DNA of 63,894 nt, filler included. It is 6 parts of 6 records of this genome, joined end to end, with 100 filler letters (N's around TTAATTAATTAA, not from the genome) between each part and the next. Parts side by side here need not be neighbours in the genome. Positions count along the whole stretch, not along the records: positions 43,611 to 52,949 come from DRR723986_12543; positions 53,050 to 58,782 come from DRR723986_12548; 4 more parts are not named here. One strand, written 5' to 3'. Under the pieces are notes generated by a model. It was not told where the DNA came from, searched no databases, and saw only the letters and a program-made list of their open reading frames with translations. The position numbers and the translations under genes were made by a program. Positions 43,612 to 53,413 of the stretch are shown piece by piece (positions within the stretch are counted from its first letter, which is position 1; every line of letters starts with the position of its first letter).

Positions 43612-44823
43612 ACCGGCAAGCGCTGGCATATGGTGATGGACCCCGGCGCGATCCGGCAAATCCTGCTGGACCGGCTGGAGGATTATCCCAAATCCGTGGT
43701 CACCAAGAACCTGCTGAAACCGGCCATTGGCGAATCGCTGTTCATTGCCGAAGGGGCGCATTGGCGCTGGCAAAGACGGGCCGCTGCACCGGTGTTTTCG
43801 CATCGAAATGTGATGAATCTTTCACCGATCATGACCGCCGCCGCAGAGCGCGCCGCAGACCGGATTACCGCCGCAGGGCCGCGGGCGGTTAATATGCTGG
43901 ACGAAATGGTCACAACCACGTTTGACGTCATCGGTGACGTGACCTTTTCGGGCGGCGATACCTTTGACCGCGACAAAGTGCATGGCGCGATTGACGATTA
44001 CATCGCCGAGGCGGGCAAGATCAGCCTGTTTGACATACTCGGCCTGCCCGACTGGATCCCGCGCCCCGGAAGGGTGATGTCGGGCAAGGCGCTCAAGGAA
44101 ATGAAAACCCTGGCGGACCATGCCATCGTAGAGCGGGCACATCGCGGCCATGACGGGACGCCAGATTTGCTTGACCTGCTCTTGCAAGGGATCGATCCCG
44201 AGACAAAGCGGCAGATGTCGACAAGCGAGCTGCGCGATAATCTGCTGACCTTTATCGTGGCGGGGCATGAAACCACGGCGCTGACCCTCGCCTGGGCGAT
44301 GTATCTCGTCGGCTTTGACAAGGCGGTTCAGGACCGTGCCCGCGCCGAGGCACAAAGTGTTCTGAAGGGGCGCGCCTGCACCGGAGATGATGTGGAAAAC
44401 CTGCCGTTTGTCCGCATGATCATTGACGAAGCCTTGCGGATGTACCCCGCCGCCGGGATCATTTCGCGCACTGCACAAAAGGCCGATACCCTCTGTGACC
44501 GCGAGATCAAGCCCGGCGATACGGTGATGATTCCTATTTATGCGCTGGGGCGGCATCAGATGCTGTGGGACGATCCCGATAGTTTCCGCCCTGAGAGGTT
44601 TGCCGATCGCAAGGCAATTGACCGCTATGCCTACCTGCCCTTTGGCGACGGCCCGCGAATCTGCATCGGGGCGTCCTTTGCCCTGCAAGAGGCGGTGATC
44701 ATTCTTGCGACCTTGCTCTCGCGGTTCGAATTCACGCCTGTGGCTGGCAAAGACCCCGAACCGGTGATGATCCTGACACTGCGCCCCGAAGGCGGCGTTT
44801 GGATGACCGCAAAACCGCTGTGA
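43612..44823 (+). CDS. Cytochrome P450 (5' truncated)
   Basis: AGHETT I-helix, EALR (ExxR), FRPERF, heme motif FGDGPRICIG. Confidence 0.96.
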   Translation, partial: TGKRWHMVMDPGAIRQILLDRLEDYPKSVVTKNLLKPAIGESLFIAEGAHWRWQRRAAAPVFSHRNVMNLSPIMTAAAERAADRITAAGPRAVNMLDEMVTTTFDVIGDVTFSGGDTFDRDKVHGAIDDYIAEAGKISLFDILGLPDWIPRPGRVMSGKALKEMKTLADHAIVERAHRGHDGTPDLLDLLLQGIDPETKRQMSTSELRDNLLTFIVAGHETTALTLAWAMYLVGFDKAVQDRARAEAQSVLKGRACTGDDVENLPFVRMIIDEALRMYPAAGIISRTAQKADTLCDREIKPGDTVMIPIYALGRHQMLWDDPDSFRPERFADRKAIDRYAYLPFGDGPRICIGASFALQEAVIILATLLSRFEFTPVAGKDPEPVMILTLRPEGGVWMTAKPL

Positions 44824-44883
44824 TCCGGCAGGCGTTCTTTTGAAGCGGACGGTGTGAACTTCTTAGTAAGTTCGCCGTTCCGG

Positions 44884-45999
44884 TCACTTGCAAATGTTTT
44901 GTAGCGCGACCCAACTCTCATCGGGCATAGACGGAGAATAGGTGCCATCTGGATCAACTGCGGCCCGCGCCGCGCGGATGCGGTCCCCCATCGCGGGATG
45001 GGTCAGGAAATGCGCGGCCACGCCGCTGCGGTCGCCATGCTCTCCCCGAAGGTTCTCAAACATCCGGCCCAATGCTGCCGGGCTGATCCCTGCCTCCTCC
45101 AGCGCCTCATGGGCAAATTCATCCGCAGCGGTTTCGGCCGCTTGGGAATATTGCGCCGCGATCAACCGTTCCGCCAGAAACAGCACAGCCGCCCCGCCCG
45201 CAAAATCCCCGAACAAAAGCCCCAGCACCCCAATGGACCCCGCAGAGCGCAGGGCATGGCGCGTGGGATCGCGGCTGATCACATGGCCGATTTCATGGGC
45301 CACAACGGCGGCCACCTCATCGGGGCCATCTGCGGCCTCGATCAAACCGCGAAACAGCACCACATAGCCGCCGGGCAGGGCAAAGGCATTGATCATTTCG
45401 TGATCAAGCACGGCAATTGTCACGTCCTGCCGAAACGCACGGTCGCCGCTGATTTTTGCGACCAGTTCATTCAGCGCCGCTGTGCCAGCCTCTGCTGTAC
45501 AGACGTCAATCGGGGTCAACCCGGTTTCATCCAGCGCCTCGCGGATATGGCCAAAGGTCGCCTCGCCCAGCGCCTTTTCCCCCTCAATTGGGATGAACTT
45601 CGCCATGTTGTCCGCCAGCAGTGGCACCAGCACAAAGACCTGCAAAGCAACGGCAGCCACGGCGGCAACGGCCCATTTGATCAGCCGCCCGCGCCCCTTG
45701 GGCGGGGCGCGGCGCGTGGCCTGCGGCAGGGCGGACAGCAAGAAAGGATTGGGCGACACAAGCCGCGCCAGCGGATCACCCGTCCAGCGCAGAATATATT
45801 GCGCCCGGCCCGAAATATCCGGCAAGGCGCGGACCTCGGTCAATGGCCATTCCACCACCTGACCCTCGTCCAGCGTGATCTCAAGCAGGCTCTGTCCCTG
45901 TGTCAACGCCAGTGTCACCTCGCGCGGCTGCGGCACATCGCCGTCAAAATAGCTGGCTCCGGTGGCATCCATGGCGCGGGGTGTCAGAACATCGGTCAT
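44884..45999 (-). CDS. M48-family metallopeptidase
   Basis: NAFALPGG, HEIGH, YSQAAE..AD, THP...RI. Confidence 0.92.
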   Translation of the reverse strand: MTDVLTPRAMDATGASYFDGDVPQPREVTLALTQGQSLLEITLDEGQVVEWPLTEVRALPDISGRAQYILRWTGDPLARLVSPNPFLLSALPQATRRAPPKGRGRLIKWAVAAVAAVALQVFVLVPLLADNMAKFIPIEGEKALGEATFGHIREALDETGLTPIDVCTAEAGTAALNELVAKISGDRAFRQDVTIAVLDHEMINAFALPGGYVVLFRGLIEAADGPDEVAAVVAHEIGHVISRDPTRHALRSAGSIGVLGLLFGDFAGGAAVLFLAERLIAAQYSQAAETAADEFAHEALEEAGISPAALGRMFENLRGEHGDRSGVAAHFLTHPAMGDRIRAARAAVDPDGTYSPSMPDESWVALQNICK

Positions 46000-47351
46000 A
46001 TCGCCGCCCCCAGATCCAGAGCTTCGGCAAAGCCCTCGGCCTCAGCAAAATCATCGCGGGCGCGTTGGCTGATGTGATCAAGCCCGTGATGGTCCGGCAG
46101 GCGGGTGGTCAGCGACATATGCCGCATGATCGGGAAAGTGACAAAGGTGTTGTAGAGCACTCCCCACAACAAAAACGCGGACAGATACAGCATCCCCATC
46201 AGCACCACTGCCACCCAACGCGGCCAGTCGCCAACCGCCGACATGCTGCCCAATCCGAACCACGCCAGAAAGCTGTCAAAGCCAAGCACCGCAGCGCCCA
46301 TGAGGATGACCAACAAAACCGAGAAGGTGAGCACGAGATAGGAGATCAGAACCCCAAGAACATAGATCATCGCGATCCGTGCGCTGTTGAGACCCGAATG
46401 AAACGTGATCCCCGGCGCGGTCTTGTGATTGGCCAAGATACGTTTGGCCGTCCATCGGTAATGGACAGCGCCATAGATCAGACCAAAGATACAGAGCAGG
46501 CCCAACAACATGCGCTCAGGTGAGGCGGCCACCGCCGCCGGACCTTCTTCGGTGAAGAACCCCTCGACACCGGCAACGAAACCATCAACGGAGCCCTCCA
46601 TCTGTGGAAACAGCGGGGCAATCCAGATCAGCCAAATGACCAAAGCGCCAGTGGCGATCAACGACAGCACAAACGGCACCGCCGCACGATAGAGCATCGT
46701 CCAATGCCCGCCCTGCGTCAGGCGAGCCGATCCAAAAAACGTTCTGTCGGTCCGATATTTCTCAAGCCAGAACGTCATGCGCGGCCACAGGATACCCAAG
46801 GTGCAAAGGGTGATCGCCCAATGCACCAAGGCCCGCCACGCATAGCCCCACGCGCCTTTTTCGAGGCCGAACCGCACCCCGCGCCAGCGGGTGCGCCCCA
46901 GAACGTACCGCCGCGCCCGATACCGGGCATAGAACCAAATCGGGATCACCCCGGCGAAACTCGCCAGATACCCGACCCAAGAAGAATTGAAGACCGAGAA
47001 ACTGACAAACATCAGCAGCAGATTCACAATGCCGATGTAGAAAGTCAGGATCACCACTGCGATAAAAAAACCCAGAAGTTTCTCAATGGGATCACCCACA
47101 TATTCCATCGGATGACCACCCGGCCGGATCGCCGACCAATACCAGCGGCGCAAGCGGGTCTTCATCCAGAACCGATAAATACCCAATGTGATGACCGTCA
47201 GAAACCCGGTCTTCAGCGCCAGCCAGAACAGCGCCCAGCGGCTGCCGACAAATTCCACCTGCATCCAGCTTGGTGCCTTGGCGGCAATTGATGCGGTGGG
47301 CGCGGTGGGCGGTGTCCCCCAAGGGCCAGCGTTGGAGGATTGATCAGTCAT
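45996..47351 (-). CDS. DUF898/YjgN family membrane protein
   Basis: LTVITLGIYRFW, RY.L.RT.WRG.RF; 4-nt overlap with the M48 gene. Confidence 0.88.
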   Translation of the reverse strand: MTDQSSNAGPWGTPPTAPTASIAAKAPSWMQVEFVGSRWALFWLALKTGFLTVITLGIYRFWMKTRLRRWYWSAIRPGGHPMEYVGDPIEKLLGFFIAVVILTFYIGIVNLLLMFVSFSVFNSSWVGYLASFAGVIPIWFYARYRARRYVLGRTRWRGVRFGLEKGAWGYAWRALVHWAITLCTLGILWPRMTFWLEKYRTDRTFFGSARLTQGGHWTMLYRAAVPFVLSLIATGALVIWLIWIAPLFPQMEGSVDGFVAGVEGFFTEEGPAAVAASPERMLLGLLCIFGLIYGAVHYRWTAKRILANHKTAPGITFHSGLNSARIAMIYVLGVLISYLVLTFSVLLVILMGAAVLGFDSFLAWFGLGSMSAVGDWPRWVAVVLMGMLYLSAFLLWGVLYNTFVTFPIMRHMSLTTRLPDHHGLDHISQRARDDFAEAEGFAEALDLGAAI

Positions 47352-47365
47352 TTGGTGTGCCCGGG

Positions 47366-49669
47366 TCAGGTGAACGTGTTGTCACGTGGAAAACCGCGCG
47401 GCGCCATGCGCCCGGCGCTGGCCCGTTTGCCGGACCATTCGGTCAGATCCGTTTCGGTGCGCGTGCGCCCTGCCGGATCAAGCCAGCTGAGCCCCTGCGC
47501 ACTGTCAAAGGTGGTGGCATCCGAAAGCCCGCCATCCTTGTACTTTTGCAAGCGCACGCCTTTGCCCCGGCCCATTTCGGGCAGTTCATCCACCCCGAAC
47601 ACCAACACTTTGCGATTCTCGCCCACGGTCGCGACCATATCGCCATCAACCTCATGGCAGATCAGCGCCGTGACTTCACCGCGCACGTTCAGCACCTGCT
47701 TGCCGCTGCGGGTCTGCGCCACCACATCGTTTTCAGGCACGATAAATCCGTCGCCAGCACTTGAAGCCACCAGCAGCTTGCGATCTGGACGGTGGATAAA
47801 CAGCCGGACGATCTGCACTTCATTGGGCAGATCGACCATCAGACGCAGGGGTTCCCCCATACCGCGCCCGCCCGGCAAGGCGCTGGCAGAAACGGTGTAG
47901 AACCGACCGTTCGAGCCGAACACCAGCAAACGATCCGTGGTCTCCGCATGGAAAATGAAACGCGGCCCGTCACCATCCTTGAACTTCAACTCGCGGGCCA
48001 GATCGATATGTCCGGTCATGGCGCGAATCCAGCCCATCTCGGAGCAGACCACCGTGATCGGCTCCCGGTCGATCATCGCCTCGATTGGCACCTCTTCGAT
48101 CTCGCCCGCCTCGGCAAAGGTGGTGCGCCGTGCACCGCCAGCGTAGTCTTTGCCAAACTGCTTTTTCGTGGCGCGCAATTGTTCGGTGATTGACGTCCAT
48201 TGCAGGTCTTCGCTTTCCAGCAAGTCCTCAAGGCCCGCGCGTTCTTCCATCAGCGCCGATTGCTCGCGCAGCAGCTCCAACTCTTCCAAACGCCGCAAGG
48301 ACCGCAGACGCATGTTCAGGATCGCATCCGCCTGAACCTCGCTCAGTTCCCCCTCTCCGGGGGCAGGCGAGACATAATCGGCCTCATTCATCGCGCGGAC
48401 GTGGGTCTTGCCCCAATCCTCCCGCATCAGGGCTGCTTTGGGATCGTCGTCGTAACGGATAATATCAATAACCCGGTCAAGGTTGAGGAAGGCCACGATA
48501 AAGCCTTCGAGCACCTCAAGCCGGTGATCGATCTTCTCCATTCTATGGACAGAGCGCCGCTGCAACACCTCGCGACGGTGGTCAACAAAGGCGCGCAGCA
48601 CCTCTTTCATCGAGCAGACCTTGGGTGTGACCCCGTCGATCAGCACATTCATGTTCAATGAGAACCGGACCTCAAGATCCGAGTGGCGGTACATCATGCC
48701 CATCAGAACCTCTGGATCGACATTCTTGGACCGCGGCTCAAGGATCATCCGGATGTCATCGGCAGATTCGTCGCGCACATCGGCAAGGATCGGGATTTTC
48801 TTGGTCTGGATCGCCTCGGCAATCTTTTCAATCAGCTTCGACTTTTGCACCTGATAGGGGATCTCGGTGATCACAATCTGCCACTGCCCGCGGCCCAGAT
48901 CCTCAACCTCGTATCGGCAGCGCAGTCGGAATCCGCCCTTGCCCGTGCGGTAAGCCGTCGCGATGTTCTCCGGTGGCTCTACAATGATACCGCCGGTCGG
49001 GAAATCCGGCCCCGGCACATAGTTCAGCAGCGTATCATCGCGGGCATCAGGTGTTTTGATCAGGTGGATGCAGGCGTCACACAGCTCGGCGATATTATGC
49101 GGTGGAATATTGGTCGCCATGCCGACCGCGATCCCGCTTGACCCGTTGGCCAGAAGGTTCGGAAATTGCGCAGGCAACACCACAGGTTCGGTCAGAGTAC
49201 CGTCATAATTTTCCCGAAAATCAACGGCGTTCTCGGTCAACCCTTCCAACATCGCTTCGGCGACGGCGGTCATCCGGGCCTCGGTGTAGCGGCTGGCGGC
49301 GGGGTTATCGCCGTCGATATTGCCAAAGTTCCCCTGCCCGTCCACCAGCGGATAGCGGACGTTAAAATCCTGCGCCAGACGCGCCATCGCATCATAAATC
49401 GCGGCATCGCCATGGGGGTGATAGTTACCCATCACATCGCCTGAAATCTTGGCCGACTTTCGGAACCCCCCGTTAGAGGCCAGCCGCAGTTCGCGCATCG
49501 CATAAAGAATTCGCCGGTGTACCGGCTTGAGACCGTCCCGCGCATCCGGGAGGGCCCGGTGCATGATCGTGCTCAACGCATAGGTCAAATACCGATCACC
49601 CAGCGCGCGGCGCAGGGGTTCGGACAGATTATGCGGGTCCATGCTGGGGGGATCGGTCACGTCAGACAT
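47366..49669 (-). CDS. parC: DNA topoisomerase IV subunit A
   Basis: RALPDARDGLKPVHRR, YHPHGD, AASRYTE, shortened C-terminal domain ending RGKGVRLQ; likely start MSDVTD. Confidence 0.95.
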   Translation of the reverse strand: MSDVTDPPSMDPHNLSEPLRRALGDRYLTYALSTIMHRALPDARDGLKPVHRRILYAMRELRLASNGGFRKSAKISGDVMGNYHPHGDAAIYDAMARLAQDFNVRYPLVDGQGNFGNIDGDNPAASRYTEARMTAVAEAMLEGLTENAVDFRENYDGTLTEPVVLPAQFPNLLANGSSGIAVGMATNIPPHNIAELCDACIHLIKTPDARDDTLLNYVPGPDFPTGGIIVEPPENIATAYRTGKGGFRLRCRYEVEDLGRGQWQIVITEIPYQVQKSKLIEKIAEAIQTKKIPILADVRDESADDIRMILEPRSKNVDPEVLMGMMYRHSDLEVRFSLNMNVLIDGVTPKVCSMKEVLRAFVDHRREVLQRRSVHRMEKIDHRLEVLEGFIVAFLNLDRVIDIIRYDDDPKAALMREDWGKTHVRAMNEADYVSPAPGEGELSEVQADAILNMRLRSLRRLEELELLREQSALMEERAGLEDLLESEDLQWTSITEQLRATKKQFGKDYAGGARRTTFAEAGEIEEVPIEAMIDREPITVVCSEMGWIRAMTGHIDLARELKFKDGDGPRFIFHAETTDRLLVFGSNGRFYTVSASALPGGRGMGEPLRLMVDLPNEVQIVRLFIHRPDRKLLVASSAGDGFIVPENDVVAQTRSGKQVLNVRGEVTALICHEVDGDMVATVGENRKVLVFGVDELPEMGRGKGVRLQKYKDGGLSDATTFDSAQGLSWLDPAGRTRTETDLTEWSGKRASAGRMAPRGFPRDNTFT

Positions 49670-49872
49670 AGATGTTGTGTATCCAAGGGGCGCGGATGCA
49701 GCAAGCGGATGATGGGCCGCAAAGGTGAAACACACGTGCAAATTGCGACAGATTTACCACGGGGAGAGGTTGTTATCATTTCCCCTGCCAGTGAATCACT
49801 AAATTTGGTATTGAACTTCTTGGGGGAGTTTGACGTTAAGCTCCAAACAGCTGCACTTTCGGGGTTCTTGTC

Positions 49873-50517
49873 ATGTTTCGGTTTATGTTGGTTTCTTTCG
49901 GCTTTATGGGCTGGGCGTTCTATGAGATGAGCGGCGGCGCGGATTTTGATCCGATTGCGACCCGCATGGCGCGTATTGAGCCCGCTTCCGAAACTCCATT
50001 CGATACTCCGGCCGACGCGACTGATCAGGTGGTCCTTGCCTCTGCATCCACCGATGTTGTCGATACCGACCCCTTTGCAAACGACGCAGTCACACGCGTT
50101 TCGCTGAACCTGACCAGCCTGCAAGATGCGCTTGATCAATCGGGCGATGCGGCGGTTGTGGCCCCGGCTGTACAGACGGTCGATCCGGCGGTCGTGCCAA
50201 CCAACGTCGCGATCACCACATCATCTGCGGACACGCCTGCCATTATCCCAAGCCTGATCGTGCAAGACGATACAGTGGCAGACAATACCACCCCAGCAGC
50301 GCTTATTTCCGAGGTCGGCCTCGATATCCGCACCGTATCCGGCAACCGCGTCAATGTGCGTGGCGGGCCGAGCACGAATTTCTCGGTGGTCAGCAAACTG
50401 GTGCGCGGCGACGCGGTTGAGATCCTCGAAGACAACGGCAACGGCTGGGTCAAAATGCGGTCTGTCCTGACCGGCGAAGAAGGCTGGATGGCCGACTTCC
50501 TGTTGTCTGCGAGCTAA
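49873..50517 (+). CDS. Membrane-anchored SH3b-domain protein
   Basis: N-terminal TM, low-complexity linker, VNVRGGPSTNF.VV..L.RG..V...GWV.....GWM. Confidence 0.85.
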   Translation: MFRFMLVSFGFMGWAFYEMSGGADFDPIATRMARIEPASETPFDTPADATDQVVLASASTDVVDTDPFANDAVTRVSLNLTSLQDALDQSGDAAVVAPAVQTVDPAVVPTNVAITTSSADTPAIIPSLIVQDDTVADNTTPAALISEVGLDIRTVSGNRVNVRGGPSTNFSVVSKLVRGDAVEILEDNGNGWVKMRSVLTGEEGWMADFLLSAS

Positions 50518-50579
50518 TCCAAGATTGCCATTTTGAATAACGCACGTCATGAAAGGCCTCCCCCCCGGAGGCCCTTTTC

Positions 50580-51407
50580 ATGTCTGAACGTTCCATCCTC
50601 ATCACCGGCTGTTCCAGCGGCATCGGCCATGCCGCCGCGCAAACCCTGCGCGCGCGGGGCTGGCGCGTGTTTGCGGCCTGTCGCAGGCAAGAAGATTGTG
50701 ATCGCCTTCGCCGTGAAGGATTTGACGCACCGCGCCTTGATTATCAGGATGACGACAGCATCAAAACCGCGTTGGCCGAGGTGCTTGAGGCAACGGGCGG
50801 TACATTGGACGCGCTCTTTAACAATGGTGCCTATGCGATCCCCGGCGCAGTTGAAGATCTGCCAACGGATGCCCTGCGCGACATTTTCGAAACCAACGTG
50901 TTTGGCTGGCACAGCCTGACACGGGCGGTCCTGCCGGTGATGCGGGCGCAAGGGCATGGACGGATTGTGCAATGTTCCTCGGTACTGGGCCTGATCACGA
51001 TGCCGTGGCGTGGTGCATACAGTGCCAGTAAATTTGCGCTTGAGGGGCTGACGGATACACTGCGCATGGAAATGAGCGATACCGACATCGACGTGATCTT
51101 GATCGAGCCGGGGCCGATCACCTCTGCCTTCCGGGCCAACTCAATCCTACAATTTGAACGTTGGATTGATTGGAAAAACGCCCCTCGCGCCGCGCAATAT
51201 GAAACCCAGCTGCGTCCACGGCTTTACAACTCGGTGAAAAAAACCACCTTTGAGCTTGGCCCAGAAGCGGTGGTGAACAAACTGATCCATGCCATCGAAG
51301 CGCCCCGGCCCCGCCCGCGCTATTACGTCACAGTCCCGACCTATTTCTCCGGTTTCATGCGGCGTTTGCTGCCCACACGCCTGCTCGACAAGGTGATGGG
51401 TGGCTGA
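50580..51407 (+). CDS. Short-chain dehydrogenase/reductase
   Basis: TGCSSGIG, NNG, YSASK. Confidence 0.92.
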   Translation: MSERSILITGCSSGIGHAAAQTLRARGWRVFAACRRQEDCDRLRREGFDAPRLDYQDDDSIKTALAEVLEATGGTLDALFNNGAYAIPGAVEDLPTDALRDIFETNVFGWHSLTRAVLPVMRAQGHGRIVQCSSVLGLITMPWRGAYSASKFALEGLTDTLRMEMSDTDIDVILIEPGPITSAFRANSILQFERWIDWKNAPRAAQYETQLRPRLYNSVKKTTFELGPEAVVNKLIHAIEAPRPRPRYYVTVPTYFSGFMRRLLPTRLLDKVMGG

Positions 51408-51466
51408 AAAAACTTGCGCATAGATTATGGCCCGCTACATCACCATAGAACCCGAAAGGAATGGCT

Positions 51467-51673
51467 ATGCCCTCTGACCCGCTTTTTGTTATCGTGATCC
51501 TCGCCGTACTGGCGGTTGCCGTCGTGCTGATGGTCGGGCTTGGCGGCTTTGCCGGAGGCGGCGCGTTTAACAAGCGCAATGGCAACAAGATCATGCGCCT
51601 GCGTATCATCGCCCAATTCATCGCGGTGCTGCTGATCCTAGGGTATATCTACTTTCGCAAGGACGCAGGCTGA
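51467..51673 (+). CDS. Twin transmembrane helix small protein (HIG1-like)
   Basis: Two TM helices with NK.MRLRI.AQ. Confidence 0.85.
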   Translation: MPSDPLFVIVILAVLAVAVVLMVGLGGFAGGGAFNKRNGNKIMRLRIIAQFIAVLLILGYIYFRKDAG

Positions 51674-52245
51674 TGGTCGTACTGAACAAGATCTACACGC
51701 GCACGGGTGATTCCGGCGCCACCGCCCTTGGCAATGGTGCGCGGGTTGCGAAACACAGCGCCCGTGTCGAGGCATACGGGACCAGTGACGAGCTGAATTG
51801 TTTTGTTGGCGTGGCCCGGCTGGAGGCCAGCGGCGAAACCGACGATGCCCTGTCACGCATTCAAAATGATCTTTTCGATCTGGGTGCCGACCTGTGCCGA
51901 CCCGATATCGAAGCTGATAAAGACGCCGAATACCCGCCTCTGCGCATGTCCGCGGAACAGGTCGACCGCCTTGAGGCAGAGATCGACATCATGAACGCCG
52001 AACTGGACCCGCTGCGCAGCTTTATTCTGCCCGGCGGCACCAATTTGGCCGCGCAATTGCATGTTTGCCGCACCGTGGCCCGCCGCGCCGAACGGCTGGC
52101 GGTTTTGCTGTCCGAACAAGAAACAATCAACCCCGTTGCGGTGAAATACCTAAATCGGCTCAGCGATTGGTTCTTTGTCGCCGCCCGCATGGCCAACAAC
52201 GGCGGTAAGGACGACGTGCTTTGGGTGCCGGGTGCCAACCGCTGA
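51673..52245 (+). CDS. Cob(I)alamin adenosyltransferase, PduO type
   Basis: KIYTRTGD.G.T, YGT.DELN, FILPGG, CRTVARRAER, YLNRLSD. Confidence 0.95.
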   Translation: MVVLNKIYTRTGDSGATALGNGARVAKHSARVEAYGTSDELNCFVGVARLEASGETDDALSRIQNDLFDLGADLCRPDIEADKDAEYPPLRMSAEQVDRLEAEIDIMNAELDPLRSFILPGGTNLAAQLHVCRTVARRAERLAVLLSEQETINPVAVKYLNRLSDWFFVAARMANNGGKDDVLWVPGANR

Positions 52246-52550
52246 TGCCGGGACGTACCACGGTGGATCAATCAAGCGTTCCCGCCCGGACAATGCATCC
52301 CGCCTGACACAGGACCAAGATCAGCCCGCCAACTGCCGGTCCCAAATCACCCTGACTTCGAACCATCCCAAATCCTGAAACATTTCGGAAAAGTTTTGCC
52401 AAGCTGGGGCGCTAACATAAAAAACGCGGCGTACTTAATGCCGCAATTGCCGATTTTGCCCTGTTTCGGTTGTAAACCTTTCGCTAAACCACCCGAGAGG
52501 AAGTTCAAGGACTTGCCATTGGGTGAGTCGCAATCAAGGAGAAAACGCTC

Positions 52551-52949
52551 ATGAAGGTACTCGTGCCGGTCAAGCGCGTGATTGACTACAACGTGAAAGT
52601 GCGCGTCAAAGCGGACGGATCGGGTGTTGATCTAGCCAACGTAAAAATGTCGATGAACCCGTTTGACGAAATTTCCGTCGAACAGGCGATCCGTCTGAAA
52701 GAAGCCGGTCAGGCGGACGAAGTGGTTGTTGTATCCATTGGCGTCAAGCAGGCGCAGGAAACACTGCGCACCGCATTGGCCATGGGCGCCGACCGCGCCA
52801 TTCTGGTTGTCGCTTCTGACGATGTGCATAACGACATCGAACCGCTGGCCGTGGCCAAGATCCTCAAGGCGATCGTGGACGAAGAACAGCCCGGTCTGGT
52901 TCTGACAGGCAAACAGGCGATCGACAACGACATGAACGCCACCGGCCAG
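52551..52949 (+). CDS. etfB: Electron transfer flavoprotein beta subunit (3' truncated)
   Basis: [31 protein letters not shown]. Confidence 0.96.
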
Positions 52950-53049
52950 NNNNNNNNNNNNNNNNNNNNNNNNNNNNNNNNNNNNNNNNNNNNTTAATTA
53001 ATTAANNNNNNNNNNNNNNNNNNNNNNNNNNNNNNNNNNNNNNNNNNNN
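52950..53049. other. Artificial contig-joining linker
   Basis: N44-TTAATTAATTAA-N44. Confidence 0.98.
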
Positions 53050-53078
53050 GGTCGAGCCCTAAGGGCTCGACCCGGTAG
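53050..53078 (+). repeat. 29-bp palindromic repeat, copy 1
   Basis: GGTCGAGCCC-TAA-GGGCTCGACC-CGGTAG; identical to 58753-58781. Confidence 0.9.
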
Positions 53079-53413
53079 GCACAAGCCACAAGTCTTAAAT
53101 TCTCGCCCACTCAAGCAAGATTTTGCACCAATCAACTCGATCCCTAAGCCACTCAGTCTTTTTGACTGGATTCTCAGAGTCTGCTGACAGTTTTTCAGCC
53201 TTTAGAATCAGTGAATAACAGGCATGCCGGCTGGTCTGATATATTCGCACCCAGCGACAAGCATAAAAACACAACAAGCCTGAGATGTAAACGCGAGTGA
53301 AGCAGCTCAAAGCGCCAATGCAAACCCCAAGACTTTCAGCCGCATTAAAAACACAAGGGCGGAACCCAATCACCCCGCCGCTTGGTGAATTGTTTTACAA
53401 CAGACCTCATTTA

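Noticed and set aside
51461-52949. HIG1-like/PduO/etfB cluster as a novel system
   Set aside because: This is a commonly conserved alphaproteobacterial gene order, with nothing unusual in this copy.
53095-53373. 92-aa minus-strand ORF downstream of the giant gene, and short ORFs at 58201-58693
   Set aside because: No recognisable family, start signals or coding-like composition; probably non-coding.
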